From: an uncultured Pseudomonadales bacterium
GTDB lineage: Bacteria > Pseudomonadota > Gammaproteobacteria > Pseudomonadales > UBA7434
Direction of reading: 5' to 3'
DNA length: 64,000 nt
Assembly: GCA_943788835.1 (NCBI GenBank)
Contig: CALSRU010000005.1
Span: 213,343-277,342, forward strand
Numbering within the stretch: position 1 is the stretch's first letter; each line of letters opens with the position of its first letter. Positions 1-10,591 of the stretch are shown here, piece by piece. The notes under the pieces are model-generated. The model worked only from the letters and a program-made list of their open reading frames with translations. It was not told where the DNA came from and did no database searches. The translations under genes and the position numbers were made by a program.

Positions 1-1488
<1,488 letters not shown>

Positions 1489-1771
1489 CTACTTGTGGCG
1501 CGTGAGTCTGGTGAATGTTAGATGCTGCTGATCCTAGAGTAATCAGTATATGCAGCGACGAGGTGTTTTTCAGGTTGCTGTAGGGGTAATTTGCCAGTGA
1601 TTGGGGTCGTGGCGCGCATGTTCAGCTCAAACTCTATCGCTCAGTGGTCTCGTTTAATGCGCAGCGGCGAGGAGTCATTGATCACTGTAAGCACACTAGG
1701 CCGAAAAATCGAATTAAGCCGGCGACGGTTACTTGCTAGCGCAAGTTCAATGATTGAGAATGCTGCTCCAC

Positions 1772-1804
1772 AAAAAAACCCCGTCGAATTGCGGGGCTTT
1801 TTTT
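1772..1804. terminator. bidirectional rho-independent terminator-like hairpin in the rpmA-obg spacer
   Basis: A7 - CCCCG - 8-nt loop - CGGGG - c - T7. It reads as a stem plus U-run on either strand. It lies about 120 nt downstream of the rpmA stop on the minus strand, inside a 440-bp spacer. Confidence 0.6.
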
Positions 1805-1921
1805 AGCTCTGAGCTGGCCCTATAAAAGACCCTGCCCAAGGCTAGCGATAATCATTTTTCGCTATTATTCGTTTTTAACACGAGTCACCGTTTTTACCAG
1901 TGATGCGCTTTAAAGACGAGC

Positions 1922-2176
1922 TTAATCTACGATGCTAACGAATTTGCGGTTTTTATTACCTTTGGTCTCAAATAATACGTGACCTTCGGCTGTCGCAAAT
2001 AGGGTGTGATCTTTACCTATGCCTACATTTAATCCGGGATGAACTTTGGTGCCGCGCTGTCGCACGATGATGTTACCGGCTTTAACTACTTCGCCACCAA
2101 ATTTCTTTACGCCGAGTCGTTTAGACTGTGAATCGCGTCCGTTACGGGTACTACCGCCAGCTTTCTTATGTGCCAT
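1922..2176 (-). CDS. rpmA: 50S ribosomal protein L27
   Basis: 84 aa, [29 protein letters not shown]..., the canonical L27 sequence. Confidence 0.97.
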   Translation of the reverse strand: MAHKKAGGSTRNGRDSQSKRLGVKKFGGEVVKAGNIIVRQRGTKVHPGLNVGIGKDHTLFATAEGHVLFETKGNKNRKFVSIVD

Positions 2177-2221
2177 GAGAGTGAGTCCTCGTTTCCCAGC
2201 CTGGCCGGGATTGTTTATGGT

Positions 2222-2800
2222 TTATTCGCTTAAAAAAGATTGAGCTTGCTCGACCCAGTTGTCGCGATCGATGCGGCCTTTAAAATTCAGTTTCTCATCA
2301 ATGTCTGCAATTTCGTCAGCAGTAAATGCGGCGATCTGTGCAAATGAAGTGATGCCGGCGTCGGCTAATTTCTTAACCATTACTGGGCCCACGCCAGAGA
2401 TGCGCGTAAGGTCGTCTCCTGATGGGGCTGCGCTTGGCGCGGCTTTGGCGCTAACCTTTGCAGCCGCCTTAGGGCTTGCGCTTGCGCCGGACCCTGCGAT
2501 TGAGGTGATTTTAATCTCAGTGAACCATTGGCGGTGTCCCATCTGCTTGCGATGGTGCTTACGTCGATGGAATTTCACGATAGTAATTTTCGGGTGCCTG
2601 CCGTGGTCGATAACTTCGGCGGTTACGCGGCTGCCGTCGACGTAAGGTGCGCCAATTTTGACACTGTCACCTTCGCCTACCATCAAGACTTGATCGAAAT
2701 TTATCGTTTCGCCTGTCGCGATATCGAGTTTTTCAACCTTGAGGGTTTCGCCCTCTATTACGCGGTGTTGTTTTCCGCCGCTTTCGACTACTGCATACAT
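2222..2800 (-). CDS. rplU: 50S ribosomal protein L21 with a C-terminal Ala/Lys/Pro linker and a helix-hairpin-helix extension
   Basis: The first ~103 aa ([14 protein letters not shown]...[14 protein letters not shown]) are collinear with E. coli L21. The ORF then continues in frame for ~89 aa (see findings). Confidence 0.9.
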   Translation of the reverse strand: MYAVVESGGKQHRVIEGETLKVEKLDIATGETINFDQVLMVGEGDSVKIGAPYVDGSRVTAEVIDHGRHPKITIVKFHRRKHHRKQMGHRQWFTEIKITSIAGSGASASPKAAAKVSAKAAPSAAPSGDDLTRISGVGPVMVKKLADAGITSFAQIAAFTADEIADIDEKLNFKGRIDRDNWVEQAQSFLSE

Positions 2801-2972
2801 AACTATTCAATCTCCGTGTTGGGCCTGCCCAGCTTTTATCTTGTCGCTTTGATCTCGCTGTGGTGTTCGATGCAAATGAGAGGTTTGCTCTAAATTTGCG
2901 TAAAAACCGAACACATCAGTGAGGGATTTTATTTGTCGCTGGATGAGGCAACGGTGCTAAAAAAGGGCGCGA

Positions 2973-3001
2973 ACTATAAAGGATTTAGCATAACCAAGCA
3001 A
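2973..3001 (-). promoter_or_regulatory. candidate sigma70 promoter for rplU-rpmA
   Basis: The minus strand reads TTGCTT - 17 nt - TATAGT, about 170 nt upstream of the rplU start. This is a consensus match only. Confidence 0.3.
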
Positions 3002-3102
3002 GCGTAAACATGCCCTTTTTGAGACGGGCTTGACGTTAACACGGTTTTTGTCGGTGGTAAGTGCTGCTTGACTGACTTTGCATAGCTCGGCGGCCGTGTT
3101 GA

Positions 3103-3134
3103 AGCCACCTGCTGTCATGCGACTGCAGGTGGCT
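3103..3134 (-). terminator. GC-rich hairpin downstream of the PEP-CTERM protein gene (no U-tract)
   Basis: Perfect 10-bp inverted repeat AGCCACCTGC / GCAGGTGGCT with a 12-nt loop, 15 nt after the stop at 3149. No T-run follows on the minus strand. Confidence 0.4.
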
Positions 3135-3148
3135 CAGTATAGCGCGGA

Positions 3149-3718
3149 CTAGGCTGCAGTAAGGTGCAGGTTTTGCTCAGGCACATGGTTGGCACCGCTA
3201 TTAGGTTGCCGTCTACGGCTAATAAGGCTTAAACCTAGAAGCGCTGAACCAAATAATAGGAGTGACGGGGGCAGCGGGACCTCGGATGGAGGAGAGGGCT
3301 TGTATTGTTGCCATTTATGAAAGATCGAGGCAAACAGATTCCCCAGTCCTATGCCCAGCGGCTTCCACTTGTGGTTAACGATTTTTTTGTCTTCATTGAA
3401 GTGAGGGGTAAGCCACGCGCTCATAATTTTACCCAAGTCATATTGAGGCCAATGCTCAGGGTTATAAACTGGCTTGCCAGTCTTGCCCCATCCAGAACCC
3501 TTGTTATCAGTTTCCCCACCTTTTGAGTCGGAGGTGCTCCACTCGTCTTTGGAATCATCCTTCAAATCAATATCGAATTTTTCATTATTGTCCTTATCAA
3601 GCGCACTAGCTGAGCTGCTGTTATTGTCACCATAGTCGTCATAAAACGTAGCTGAGCTAGGCGCAGCTAGGGATAGAGCCAGAAAGGCGCTGAATGTTGG
3701 TATGAGTATTTTTTTCAC
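3149..3718 (-). CDS. secreted low-complexity protein with a PEP-CTERM-type C-terminal sorting signal (variant motif)
   Basis: GTG start and a signal peptide (MKKILIPTFSAFLALSLAAPSSA). The mature part is rich in D/S/N/K. The C-terminus is PSEVPLPPSLLLFGSALLGLSLISRRRQ, i.e. a Pro-rich motif, a TM helix and an Arg cluster, followed by 18 further residues. Confidence 0.7.
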   Translation of the reverse strand: MKKILIPTFSAFLALSLAAPSSATFYDDYGDNNSSSASALDKDNNEKFDIDLKDDSKDEWSTSDSKGGETDNKGSGWGKTGKPVYNPEHWPQYDLGKIMSAWLTPHFNEDKKIVNHKWKPLGIGLGNLFASIFHKWQQYKPSPPSEVPLPPSLLLFGSALLGLSLISRRRQPNSGANHVPEQNLHLTAA

Positions 3719-4068
3719 GTTTAGATAGCCCCCAAAAGAATTTGAAATTAAAAAAATTCTCCAGGGATAAACTTTTGCATCAGAGCTAACTCCAATGCCG
3801 TGCTCGCAAACAGAAACCTACGCTCGAACCAGAATCCACACGCCAAGGGGGGCGACGAATAAACTTAGAATCAAATGTAACTTATTGATTACAAACAACA
3901 TGAGCCGGGGGAGACTCTGATGACTAGGGGGTGTCACCTTTGCAATGCTTACTTTATAACTCTGGAACCAAGACTTGTCAACAAATACTGCGTAAAACCT
4001 CTATGAAACCGGCTTAACGCGAGACTGTGGTTTGGGCCTTGGCTCAGGTCACTATTGGTCATTCTCTC

Positions 4069-4099
4069 GTTGGCCGCGTGTGCAATACATGCGGCCAAC
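4069..4099 (-). terminator. GC-rich hairpin downstream of rpsT (no U-tract)
   Basis: Perfect 9-bp inverted repeat GTTGGCCGC / GCGGCCAAC with a 13-nt loop, 13 nt after the rpsT stop. Confidence 0.4.
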
Positions 4100-4111
4100 T
4101 AACGCTGGCGT

Positions 4112-4375
4112 TTAGGCTAGCCCTTTGATTTGCGTATTGAGGCGAGCTTTATGTCTAGCAGCCTTGTTCTTGTGGATGATGCCTTTGTCGGCCATGCGGT
4201 CAATAACAGGCACGGCTTCAGCATAGGCCGCTGAGGCGCTTTCTTTATTGCCACTATCGATAGCGGCAACTACTTTTTTGATGTAGGTGCGAACCATAGA
4301 TCGCAAGCTAGCATTATGATTGCGGCGCTTAGTTGCCTGTCGGGCGCGTTTCTTCGATTGGGCTGAATTGGCCAA
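4112..4375 (-). CDS. rpsT: 30S ribosomal protein S20
   Basis: 87 aa, (M)[33 protein letters not shown]...[22 protein letters not shown], collinear with E. coli S20. The start is TTG at 4375, preceded by GAGGAA (E. coli rpsT also uses UUG). The 172-aa track ORF (to 4630) is an upstream over-extension. Confidence 0.95.
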   Translation of the reverse strand: MANSAQSKKRARQATKRRNHNASLRSMVRTYIKKVVAAIDSGNKESASAAYAEAVPVIDRMADKGIIHKNKAARHKARLNTQIKGLA

Positions 4376-4520
4376 GTTTAATTCCTCTATATAAATAAAT
4401 GAGTATGCACAGTGGTCTGAATTCACTGAAGTTGACATCCTATGGGTGCCGACTTGCGCTTGCGCTGATAGCGTTGGTTGGGTTACCACAGTAGCCTTAC
4501 CGCGATAAACTTTTGCTTCG

Positions 4521-4549
4521 TTGAGTGCCGTGTTAGCCGTCGGTATAAT
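4521..4549 (+). promoter_or_regulatory. candidate sigma70 promoter upstream of moaB-moeA
   Basis: TTGAGT - 17 nt - TATAAT, about 135 nt upstream of the moaB ATG. This is a consensus match only. Confidence 0.35.
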
Positions 4550-4685
4550 AAGTTGGCCAGCACTCACGCATAAAATTTCAGGCGCGCGATTATTCAGATT
4601 CGCTAGCCATTTGTCAATAGCGACCGGCACAAAGCTGGTCTGGCTGCGTATAATCAGTCAATCTAGCCACAGGAAAGAGCCTTCT

Positions 4686-5210
4686 ATGTCTGCCGAACCT
4701 CAGTTTCAGCCATTATCCATCGCCGTGTTGACGGTGTCTGATAGCCGCAGTGCCGCCAACGACACATCGGGAGACTACCTGTGTGACGCGCTAACGCAGG
4801 CGGGGCATATCTTAGGCCAGCGCATGCTTGTGAAAGATGATATTTATCAAATACGTGCACAGATTTCCCAGTGGATCGCGGATTCTGTTATCCAAGCTGT
4901 GTTGATTACAGGTGGCACCGGATTCAGTGGGCGAGATTCGACGCCTGAGGCAATTGCGCCGCTCTTTGATAAAGTTATTGAAGGGTTTGGTGAAATATTT
5001 CGTTCGCTGTCGCTCACCGACATTGGCACATCGACGATTCAGTCACGCGCGCTGGCAGGCTTTGCAAATCATACCGTTATGTTTGCTATGCCGGGCTCGA
5101 CTGGCGCCTGCCGATTGGCCTGGGATAAGATTTTGGTTGAGCAGTTAGACAGTCGGCATCGGCCCTGCAATTTTTACGGCGTTTTGCGCGCTAGCACGAG
5201 CCGCCCTTAA
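4686..5210 (+). CDS. moaB: molybdenum cofactor biosynthesis protein B (MoaB/Mog family)
   Basis: 174 aa from the ATG at 4686, preceded by AGGAAAGAG. Motifs: LSIAVLTVSDSR, TGGTGFSGRDSTPEA, GFGEIFR, PGSTGACRLAW and QLDSRHRPCNF, as in E. coli MoaB. The track ORF start at 4521 is an over-extension. Confidence 0.85.
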   Translation: MSAEPQFQPLSIAVLTVSDSRSAANDTSGDYLCDALTQAGHILGQRMLVKDDIYQIRAQISQWIADSVIQAVLITGGTGFSGRDSTPEAIAPLFDKVIEGFGEIFRSLSLTDIGTSTIQSRALAGFANHTVMFAMPGSTGACRLAWDKILVEQLDSRHRPCNFYGVLRASTSRP

Positions 5211-6452
5211 ATGCTCGATTTTGCCAGTGCATTTTCACGAGTTGTTGCGACTGCTGAAGTTACTAGCCATGTTGAGTATGTGAATCTGGCTGATGCTGGC
5301 GATAGATTGTTGGCTGAGGATCAAGTGTCGTCGATTAACGTACCGGGGTTTGCTAACAGCGCTATGGACGGCTATGCAGTCCGCGCTGTGGATGTCATTG
5401 TTGATACGCCTTATTCCGTGTCGCAGCGAATAGCCGCAGGTGATCAACCAAATGCGTTAGCGCACGGTACGGTAGCGAGAATTTTTACCGGAGCTATGCT
5501 GCCTGAGGGCGCCGACACCATTATTTTGCAAGAGAACGCTCGTGATGATGGCCAGCACGTGTATTTTACCGAGCCGATTGTCGTTGGGCAAAATGTGCGC
5601 CCAGCGGGTCAAGACATTGCTCGCGGTGGTTTGCTTGTTAGTGCCGGCGATCGACTGAGTGCGGCTTCGCTGGCGCTGCTTGCTTCAGCTGGCATTTCAA
5701 AGGTGCGTTGTTTTGAAGCGCTTCGCATTGCTTATTTTTCTACCGGCGATGAACTTTGCGATCCAGGCGAGCCATTGGTTGCGGGCCAAATTTATAATTC
5801 CAACCGCTATGCGTTGCGACAACTGCTGTTAGATCTCAATGTGATTCCGATCGATTTAGGTTTTTGCCCCGATGATCCTGCGGCAACGCGTGCCATGCTT
5901 TTGCAGGCTTCGAGTGTGGCCGATGGTGTCATTACCACCGGCGGCATGTCGGTTGGTGAAGAGGATCATGTGTTGGCCCAGGCTAGGCAGTTGGGTGAGA
6001 TCGATTTTTGGAAAATCGCCATTAAGCCGGGTAAGCCATTTGCCTGCGGTAAAATTGGGTCGACAGCTTTTTTTGGCCTGCCAGGTAATCCGGTTTCTTC
6101 GTTTGTTACATTTCAGTTGTTGGTGAGGCCCTGGTTATTAAAAAAAATGGGTGCTACAGATTATTTACACCGATGCGTGAATGCAGCGGCGAATTTTAAC
6201 AAGACTAACACAGGTATGCGTTTGGACTTTTTAAGAGGGACGCTAGCAAGTACCGCTGCAGGCACTTTGCAGGTATCACTATTTGATAATCAAAGCTCTG
6301 GTGTGATGTCTTCTTTGGCAGTGTCGAATGTTTTAATTCCCTTGGCGCCACATTCAAAAATTAACAATGGGGCTTTGCATAGGGTTATTGCATTGACCGA
6401 CCAAGCCTTATTATTTGCAGGTGAGCGATGGCCTACAACTGGCGAGATGTAA
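5211..6452 (+). CDS. moeA: molybdopterin molybdenumtransferase
   Basis: 413 aa. Motifs: NSAMDGYAV, ITTGGMSVGEEDH and KPGKPF...GLPGNPVSSFVTF. The start abuts the moaB stop (TAA ATG). Confidence 0.9.
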   Translation: MLDFASAFSRVVATAEVTSHVEYVNLADAGDRLLAEDQVSSINVPGFANSAMDGYAVRAVDVIVDTPYSVSQRIAAGDQPNALAHGTVARIFTGAMLPEGADTIILQENARDDGQHVYFTEPIVVGQNVRPAGQDIARGGLLVSAGDRLSAASLALLASAGISKVRCFEALRIAYFSTGDELCDPGEPLVAGQIYNSNRYALRQLLLDLNVIPIDLGFCPDDPAATRAMLLQASSVADGVITTGGMSVGEEDHVLAQARQLGEIDFWKIAIKPGKPFACGKIGSTAFFGLPGNPVSSFVTFQLLVRPWLLKKMGATDYLHRCVNAAANFNKTNTGMRLDFLRGTLASTAAGTLQVSLFDNQSSGVMSSLAVSNVLIPLAPHSKINNGALHRVIALTDQALLFAGERWPTTGEM

Positions 6453-6496
6453 GCTTACTGCAAAGCCGGTAAAGTTTTGGCGCGACTCAATTACGA

Positions 6497-7870
6497 CTAA
6501 TTCTTACCAAGCCGCGACGTGACTAACTGGTAGTTGAATGACACCGACGCATAGTAATTGTCGTAGCTACCATTACTTGGGTTAGTTTCGCTGTCTTCCT
6601 GAGCGTATCCGCCGCCCGCGCGGATGTTGAGTCGGGGGCTCGCATTCCAGCTAAAATAGAGTGAGGTGTCCGAGCGATCATCAGTTTGATCGGTCGTGAG
6701 AAATTCCGTGCTCTCGATGCCGGTTTGAAATTCTGCAGTGAGGCGAGTCGACAAGCGGTAGTTGAAAAACAAGCGTGCGGCATTGACTACATCATCCTCT
6801 GACGCTTCATTTTCATAGTCGCTATCGATATAGCTAAGCTCGGCGCCATAGCTGCATAGTTTGCACAGAGCAGTGCTCGTGTAATCCATGCTTAAAAAAG
6901 TAATTTCAACCGCGCCATCAATTGTGCTGTTGTCGAGTGTTTGTCCCGTGCCAAGCTGGCTGGTATCAGGGGTTCTTAGCTCGCTGTCAAAGCGCAACGA
7001 ATTAAGGCCCAAGCTTGACTCGGTTAGCTGGCGCGAAGCTGATGCGGAAAATGTATTCGCGCCCGACTGCTTGCTAATATCGGCCTGGTAAAATAATCCG
7101 CTATTACTGCTTTGCCCTTCTTGCTCAGACGTGTTGCTACCCACTGACAAGCTGTAGTTTAAATCGCGAAGTGAGCGGGAGAAGCCGAGAAAGTATCGGT
7201 GAAATTCTAGATTTTGGTTTCTATTATCGCGCTCAGACTCTTGATATTGGTAGCCGGCAGTAATATTCGTTATTTCCGATAAGGCATGCTCCCAGTTAAT
7301 GTTTCCTAAAAGGCTTTGCGTATCGTCGTTCTCTGCCGTTTGTAAGCTGGTATTTTTGGGCTCAGAAAAGAAAATTTCGCTGTATTCTGCGCTTAATATT
7401 AATTGATCGACGCCGGTGATGGGTAGTGTGACAAATGGTCCAGTAGTAAATTGTTGGCGCCTTTCTTGATCATCGGCGGTATTGTTGGCCTCGCGTCGGC
7501 TGGGTGATGTTTCCGTGATGTTATGCGCGGCGAGCCAGTCAAAACGTTGCTCAATAACGCTAAATACGAAGTCGCTATTCCCTGTAATTTGAGATCGGTC
7601 GCTGCTGGTGTTGTTGTCAAAATTGAGGTAGTTGTACCTATAATTGCCCGTGAAATCGAGGCGTTGATTGTCTTGGCTTATATTGAAACCCAGTCCGATG
7701 CTCGACTCCAGTTCTTCTTGCTCCCGGCCATTCAAGGCTCCATCGGTGTCGTATTGATTATCAGCAGATAAGGCGATGCTGTAGTCCATGGCAGATATTG
7801 GCGGCGCAATCGCAGTCAAGCACAGGCTAAAAGTGGCAGTAATGATTGAGCGGCTGAATAAATTTTTCAT
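6497..7870 (-). CDS. putative outer-membrane beta-barrel protein (possibly the PEP-CTERM-system-associated barrel family)
   Basis: 457 aa with a signal peptide (…LTAIAPPISA). The body is rich in N/S/T/D/Y with alternating short beta-strand-like segments throughout (e.g. YRYNYLNF, ITAGYQYQ, VSFNYQL). No enzyme motif is visible. The family link is a guess. Confidence 0.5.
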   Translation of the reverse strand: MKNLFSRSIITATFSLCLTAIAPPISAMDYSIALSADNQYDTDGALNGREQEELESSIGLGFNISQDNQRLDFTGNYRYNYLNFDNNTSSDRSQITGNSDFVFSVIEQRFDWLAAHNITETSPSRREANNTADDQERRQQFTTGPFVTLPITGVDQLILSAEYSEIFFSEPKNTSLQTAENDDTQSLLGNINWEHALSEITNITAGYQYQESERDNRNQNLEFHRYFLGFSRSLRDLNYSLSVGSNTSEQEGQSSNSGLFYQADISKQSGANTFSASASRQLTESSLGLNSLRFDSELRTPDTSQLGTGQTLDNSTIDGAVEITFLSMDYTSTALCKLCSYGAELSYIDSDYENEASEDDVVNAARLFFNYRLSTRLTAEFQTGIESTEFLTTDQTDDRSDTSLYFSWNASPRLNIRAGGGYAQEDSETNPSNGSYDNYYASVSFNYQLVTSRLGKN

Positions 7871-8199
7871 GGGTCTCTTCCTATCCGATTTTCAATCGCG
7901 CGCGTCATCCGGTTTAACGAATAATGCTTTCGGCAGTTTGCTGCGTCGAATTTTTTTCTTTGACTTTGCCTAAGCATTGCGTATAGCTGTGCGCAACTAG
8001 TTGGTAACTAACATATTCTTAAGCATAGCTATTTTTGAATTAATTGAAATCGCGGGCGGTACAATTACCATCGGCCTGCCAAGGGCCTGCGGCTGCGCCG
8101 GATAGGGGGTGCTCATCGCCTTTAAACGGCGTTTATGCGCGGTTATCGCAGGCTAGGAATAGATTGCTTTTGCATCAATGGCGACCAACTCTGAGAGGG

Positions 8200-9411
8200 C
8201 TAGCCCCATTTTTGCAAGACGAGGCTGGCATTGGTGCCACCAAAGCCAAAGCTATTGCTCATTACTCGCTGTAAGTCGACGCTCTCGGTTTTTTGCACGA
8301 TGGGCATGCCTTGGGCGGCAGGATCGAGCGTGGCAATGTTGGCTGAGCCGGCAACAAAGCCATGCTGCTGCATCAGCAGGCAATAGATGGCTTCTTGCAC
8401 GCCCGCTGCGCCAAGCGAATGGCCGCTGAGTGACTTGGTTGAGCTGACTCGTGGGCCCTGCTCCCCGAACACTGAGCGCATTGCATCAAGCTCCACGATA
8501 TCGCCCGCAGGGGTGCTTGTGCCATGGGCGTTAATGTAATCAATGTCGCCGTCTACGCTGGCGAGTGCCTGTTGCATGCAGCGCACTGCGCCCTCACCCG
8601 AAGGGGCAACCATTTCGGCGCCGTCAGAGGTGGCGCCATAGCCTACTACCTCGGCATAAATTTTAGCGCCTCGTGCCTGCGCATGCTCAAGCTCTTCGAG
8701 CACCAGCATGCCGCCACCGCCGGCAATAACGAATCCATCACGGTCGGCATCGTAAGCTCGAGATGCTTGGGTGGGGGTGTCATTGTATCGGGTTGATAGT
8801 GCGCCCATTGCGTCAAACAAGCTACTTAAGGTCCAGTGCTCTTCTTCGCCACCGCCGGCAAATACGATGTCCTGCTTGCCCAGCTGAATTTGCTCGGCCG
8901 CATTGCCAATACAGTGAGCGCTGGTTGAGCACGCCGAAGAAATTGAATAGTTAACCCCCTTGATTTTGAAGGCGGTTGCAAGGCACGCAGAGACGGTGCT
9001 GCCCATTGTTTGCGTTACGCGATAGGGGCCAACGCGCCTAAGGCCTCTTTTGCGCAAAATATCCGCCGCTTCAACTTGGTTTGATGATGATGCTCCGCCC
9101 GAGCCTGCAATGATGCCTGTGCGTGGGTTGGAAACATCAGCTTCAGCTAGTCCGGCATCAGCAATGGCAGCGGTCATTGAGATATGAGCGTAGCCTGCTG
9201 CCGGCCCCATAAATCGCAAAGATTTGCGATCGATATGTTGGCTGAGGTCGAGATCGACCACTCCGGCAATATGGCTGCGCATGCCTAATTCTTCATACTC
9301 GGGTCGATGCACAATTCCGGAAGTGCCATTTTTCAATGCATCACTCACGCTTGCGGCAGTTGTGCCTAAACACGATGTGATGCCTAGACCTGTGATAACA
9401 ACTCTTTTCAT
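8200..9411 (-). CDS. fabB: 3-oxoacyl-ACP synthase I
   Basis: 403 aa with the KAS active-site segments [18 protein letters not shown] and GHSLGAAG. It lies directly downstream of fabA. Confidence 0.92.
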   Translation of the reverse strand: MKRVVITGLGITSCLGTTAASVSDALKNGTSGIVHRPEYEELGMRSHIAGVVDLDLSQHIDRKSLRFMGPAAGYAHISMTAAIADAGLAEADVSNPRTGIIAGSGGASSSNQVEAADILRKRGLRRVGPYRVTQTMGSTVSACLATAFKIKGVNYSISSACSTSAHCIGNAAEQIQLGKQDIVFAGGGEEEHWTLSSLFDAMGALSTRYNDTPTQASRAYDADRDGFVIAGGGGMLVLEELEHAQARGAKIYAEVVGYGATSDGAEMVAPSGEGAVRCMQQALASVDGDIDYINAHGTSTPAGDIVELDAMRSVFGEQGPRVSSTKSLSGHSLGAAGVQEAIYCLLMQQHGFVAGSANIATLDPAAQGMPIVQKTESVDLQRVMSNSFGFGGTNASLVLQKWG

Positions 9412-9592
9412 TCTTTTTCCTAAGCCTTCTGAACCGTTTGCTTTGCCGCGGGGCGCGGCTATGAATTTATCGGATGGAGTAGCAGTGTTGGGTGCCGAAT
9501 TTTACTGGCTTAAGCGTGGCTCTGCCAATAATGTTTTACTATCAAAGCGAGCAACGAAGCGATCGACGATGGTTCGTTGGGTAGAGATTAAA

Positions 9593-10147
9593 TTACTCAC
9601 TACTCTCACCTTGAAATAGCCCCACGCGCAAATCTTTTGCGTGATAGATTTCTTTGCCGTCGGCCAGCATTCGGCCATCGGCAATGCCCATAACGAGCTT
9701 GCGCTCGATAATGCGTTTGAAATCAATTTCGTAACTCACTAGCTGCGTAGTGGGTTGAACCTGCCCGCTAAATTTTATTTCGCCAGCGCCTAGTGCGCGT
9801 CCGCGTCCAGGATTGCCGCGCCAGCCTAGATAAAATCCTACCAGCTGCCACATGGCATCGAGGCCCAGACAGCCTGGCATCACAGGGTCGCCGATAAAGT
9901 GGCATTGGAAAAACCATAAATCTGGGTTGATATCCAGTTCAGCGTGTAAAAAGCCTTTGTTGTAGCTACCCAAATCGTTTTGGATATTGGTGATGCGATC
10001 GAGCATCAGCATGTTGCCAACAGGCAGTTGCGCATTGCCGGAGCCGAACAATTTGCCCTCGCCACAGGCCACTAATTCTTCTTTGCTGAATGAGTTGCCT
10101 TTTGATGCAGCCGTTTGAGGGCCTGCTTGATGAATAGCTTGAGTCAT
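9593..10147 (-). CDS. fabA: 3-hydroxydecanoyl-ACP dehydratase/isomerase
   Basis: 184 aa. The segment [39 protein letters not shown] is nearly identical to E. coli FabA. Confidence 0.95.
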   Translation of the reverse strand: MTQAIHQAGPQTAASKGNSFSKEELVACGEGKLFGSGNAQLPVGNMLMLDRITNIQNDLGSYNKGFLHAELDINPDLWFFQCHFIGDPVMPGCLGLDAMWQLVGFYLGWRGNPGRGRALGAGEIKFSGQVQPTTQLVSYEIDFKRIIERKLVMGIADGRMLADGKEIYHAKDLRVGLFQGESSE

Positions 10148-10591
10148 GGTGTGGGTATGATTCCTTAAAGGTTGGCGCTAGGCCGGTAATGTAGAGCTCG
10201 CTGTTTGACTGTCCGATGCTTCGATGTACATTTTGCGCCGTTGATAAGGCTGCGCTATTATTCCGCAGCGCATTGTAACTTCAATCCATTCAGTGTCCAA
10301 TGTGCTTTGAAAATTTAGGTTCAATTATATTGCAGATCGATGCGGAGCTTGCCTCTGCGAAAATGGCAGCATCGTTTATACAACAGGCACCGCTCGTGGT
10401 CAGTGAATTGCTTTCCACGGGCTCTCTACGTGCTAAAGTTTCAGAAGTATGGGCGGGCTGTATTTTTCATACTCATTTCGTGATGTCACCTATCTTAAGT
10501 GTTTAAGAGCCCCAAAGAAGCTATTGGGATTCAAGCCGATGCAAATGGTTTTGATTTTGGAGTATCGGTCAGGTTTTTTTAAGGAGTAATA

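Noticed and set aside
3932-3944. TGTCAC-CT-TTGCA, which superficially resembles a sigma54 promoter, upstream of the PEP-CTERM protein gene.
   Set aside because: The spacing is wrong (2 nt instead of 5), the -24 box is TGT rather than TGG, and it is on the strand opposite to the gene.
4112-4630. A 172-aa ORF in the track covering rpsT.
   Set aside because: Only the last 87 codons match S20. The upstream 85 codons are an in-frame read-through of the promoter and leader region. The TTG at 4375, with GAGGAA upstream, is the real start.
4556-4685. A possible Moco riboswitch in the ~130-nt leader between the candidate promoter and moaB.
   Set aside because: I could not find the conserved Moco-motif sequence blocks or a convincing multi-stem fold by eye. 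An Rfam covariance search is needed. No claim is made.
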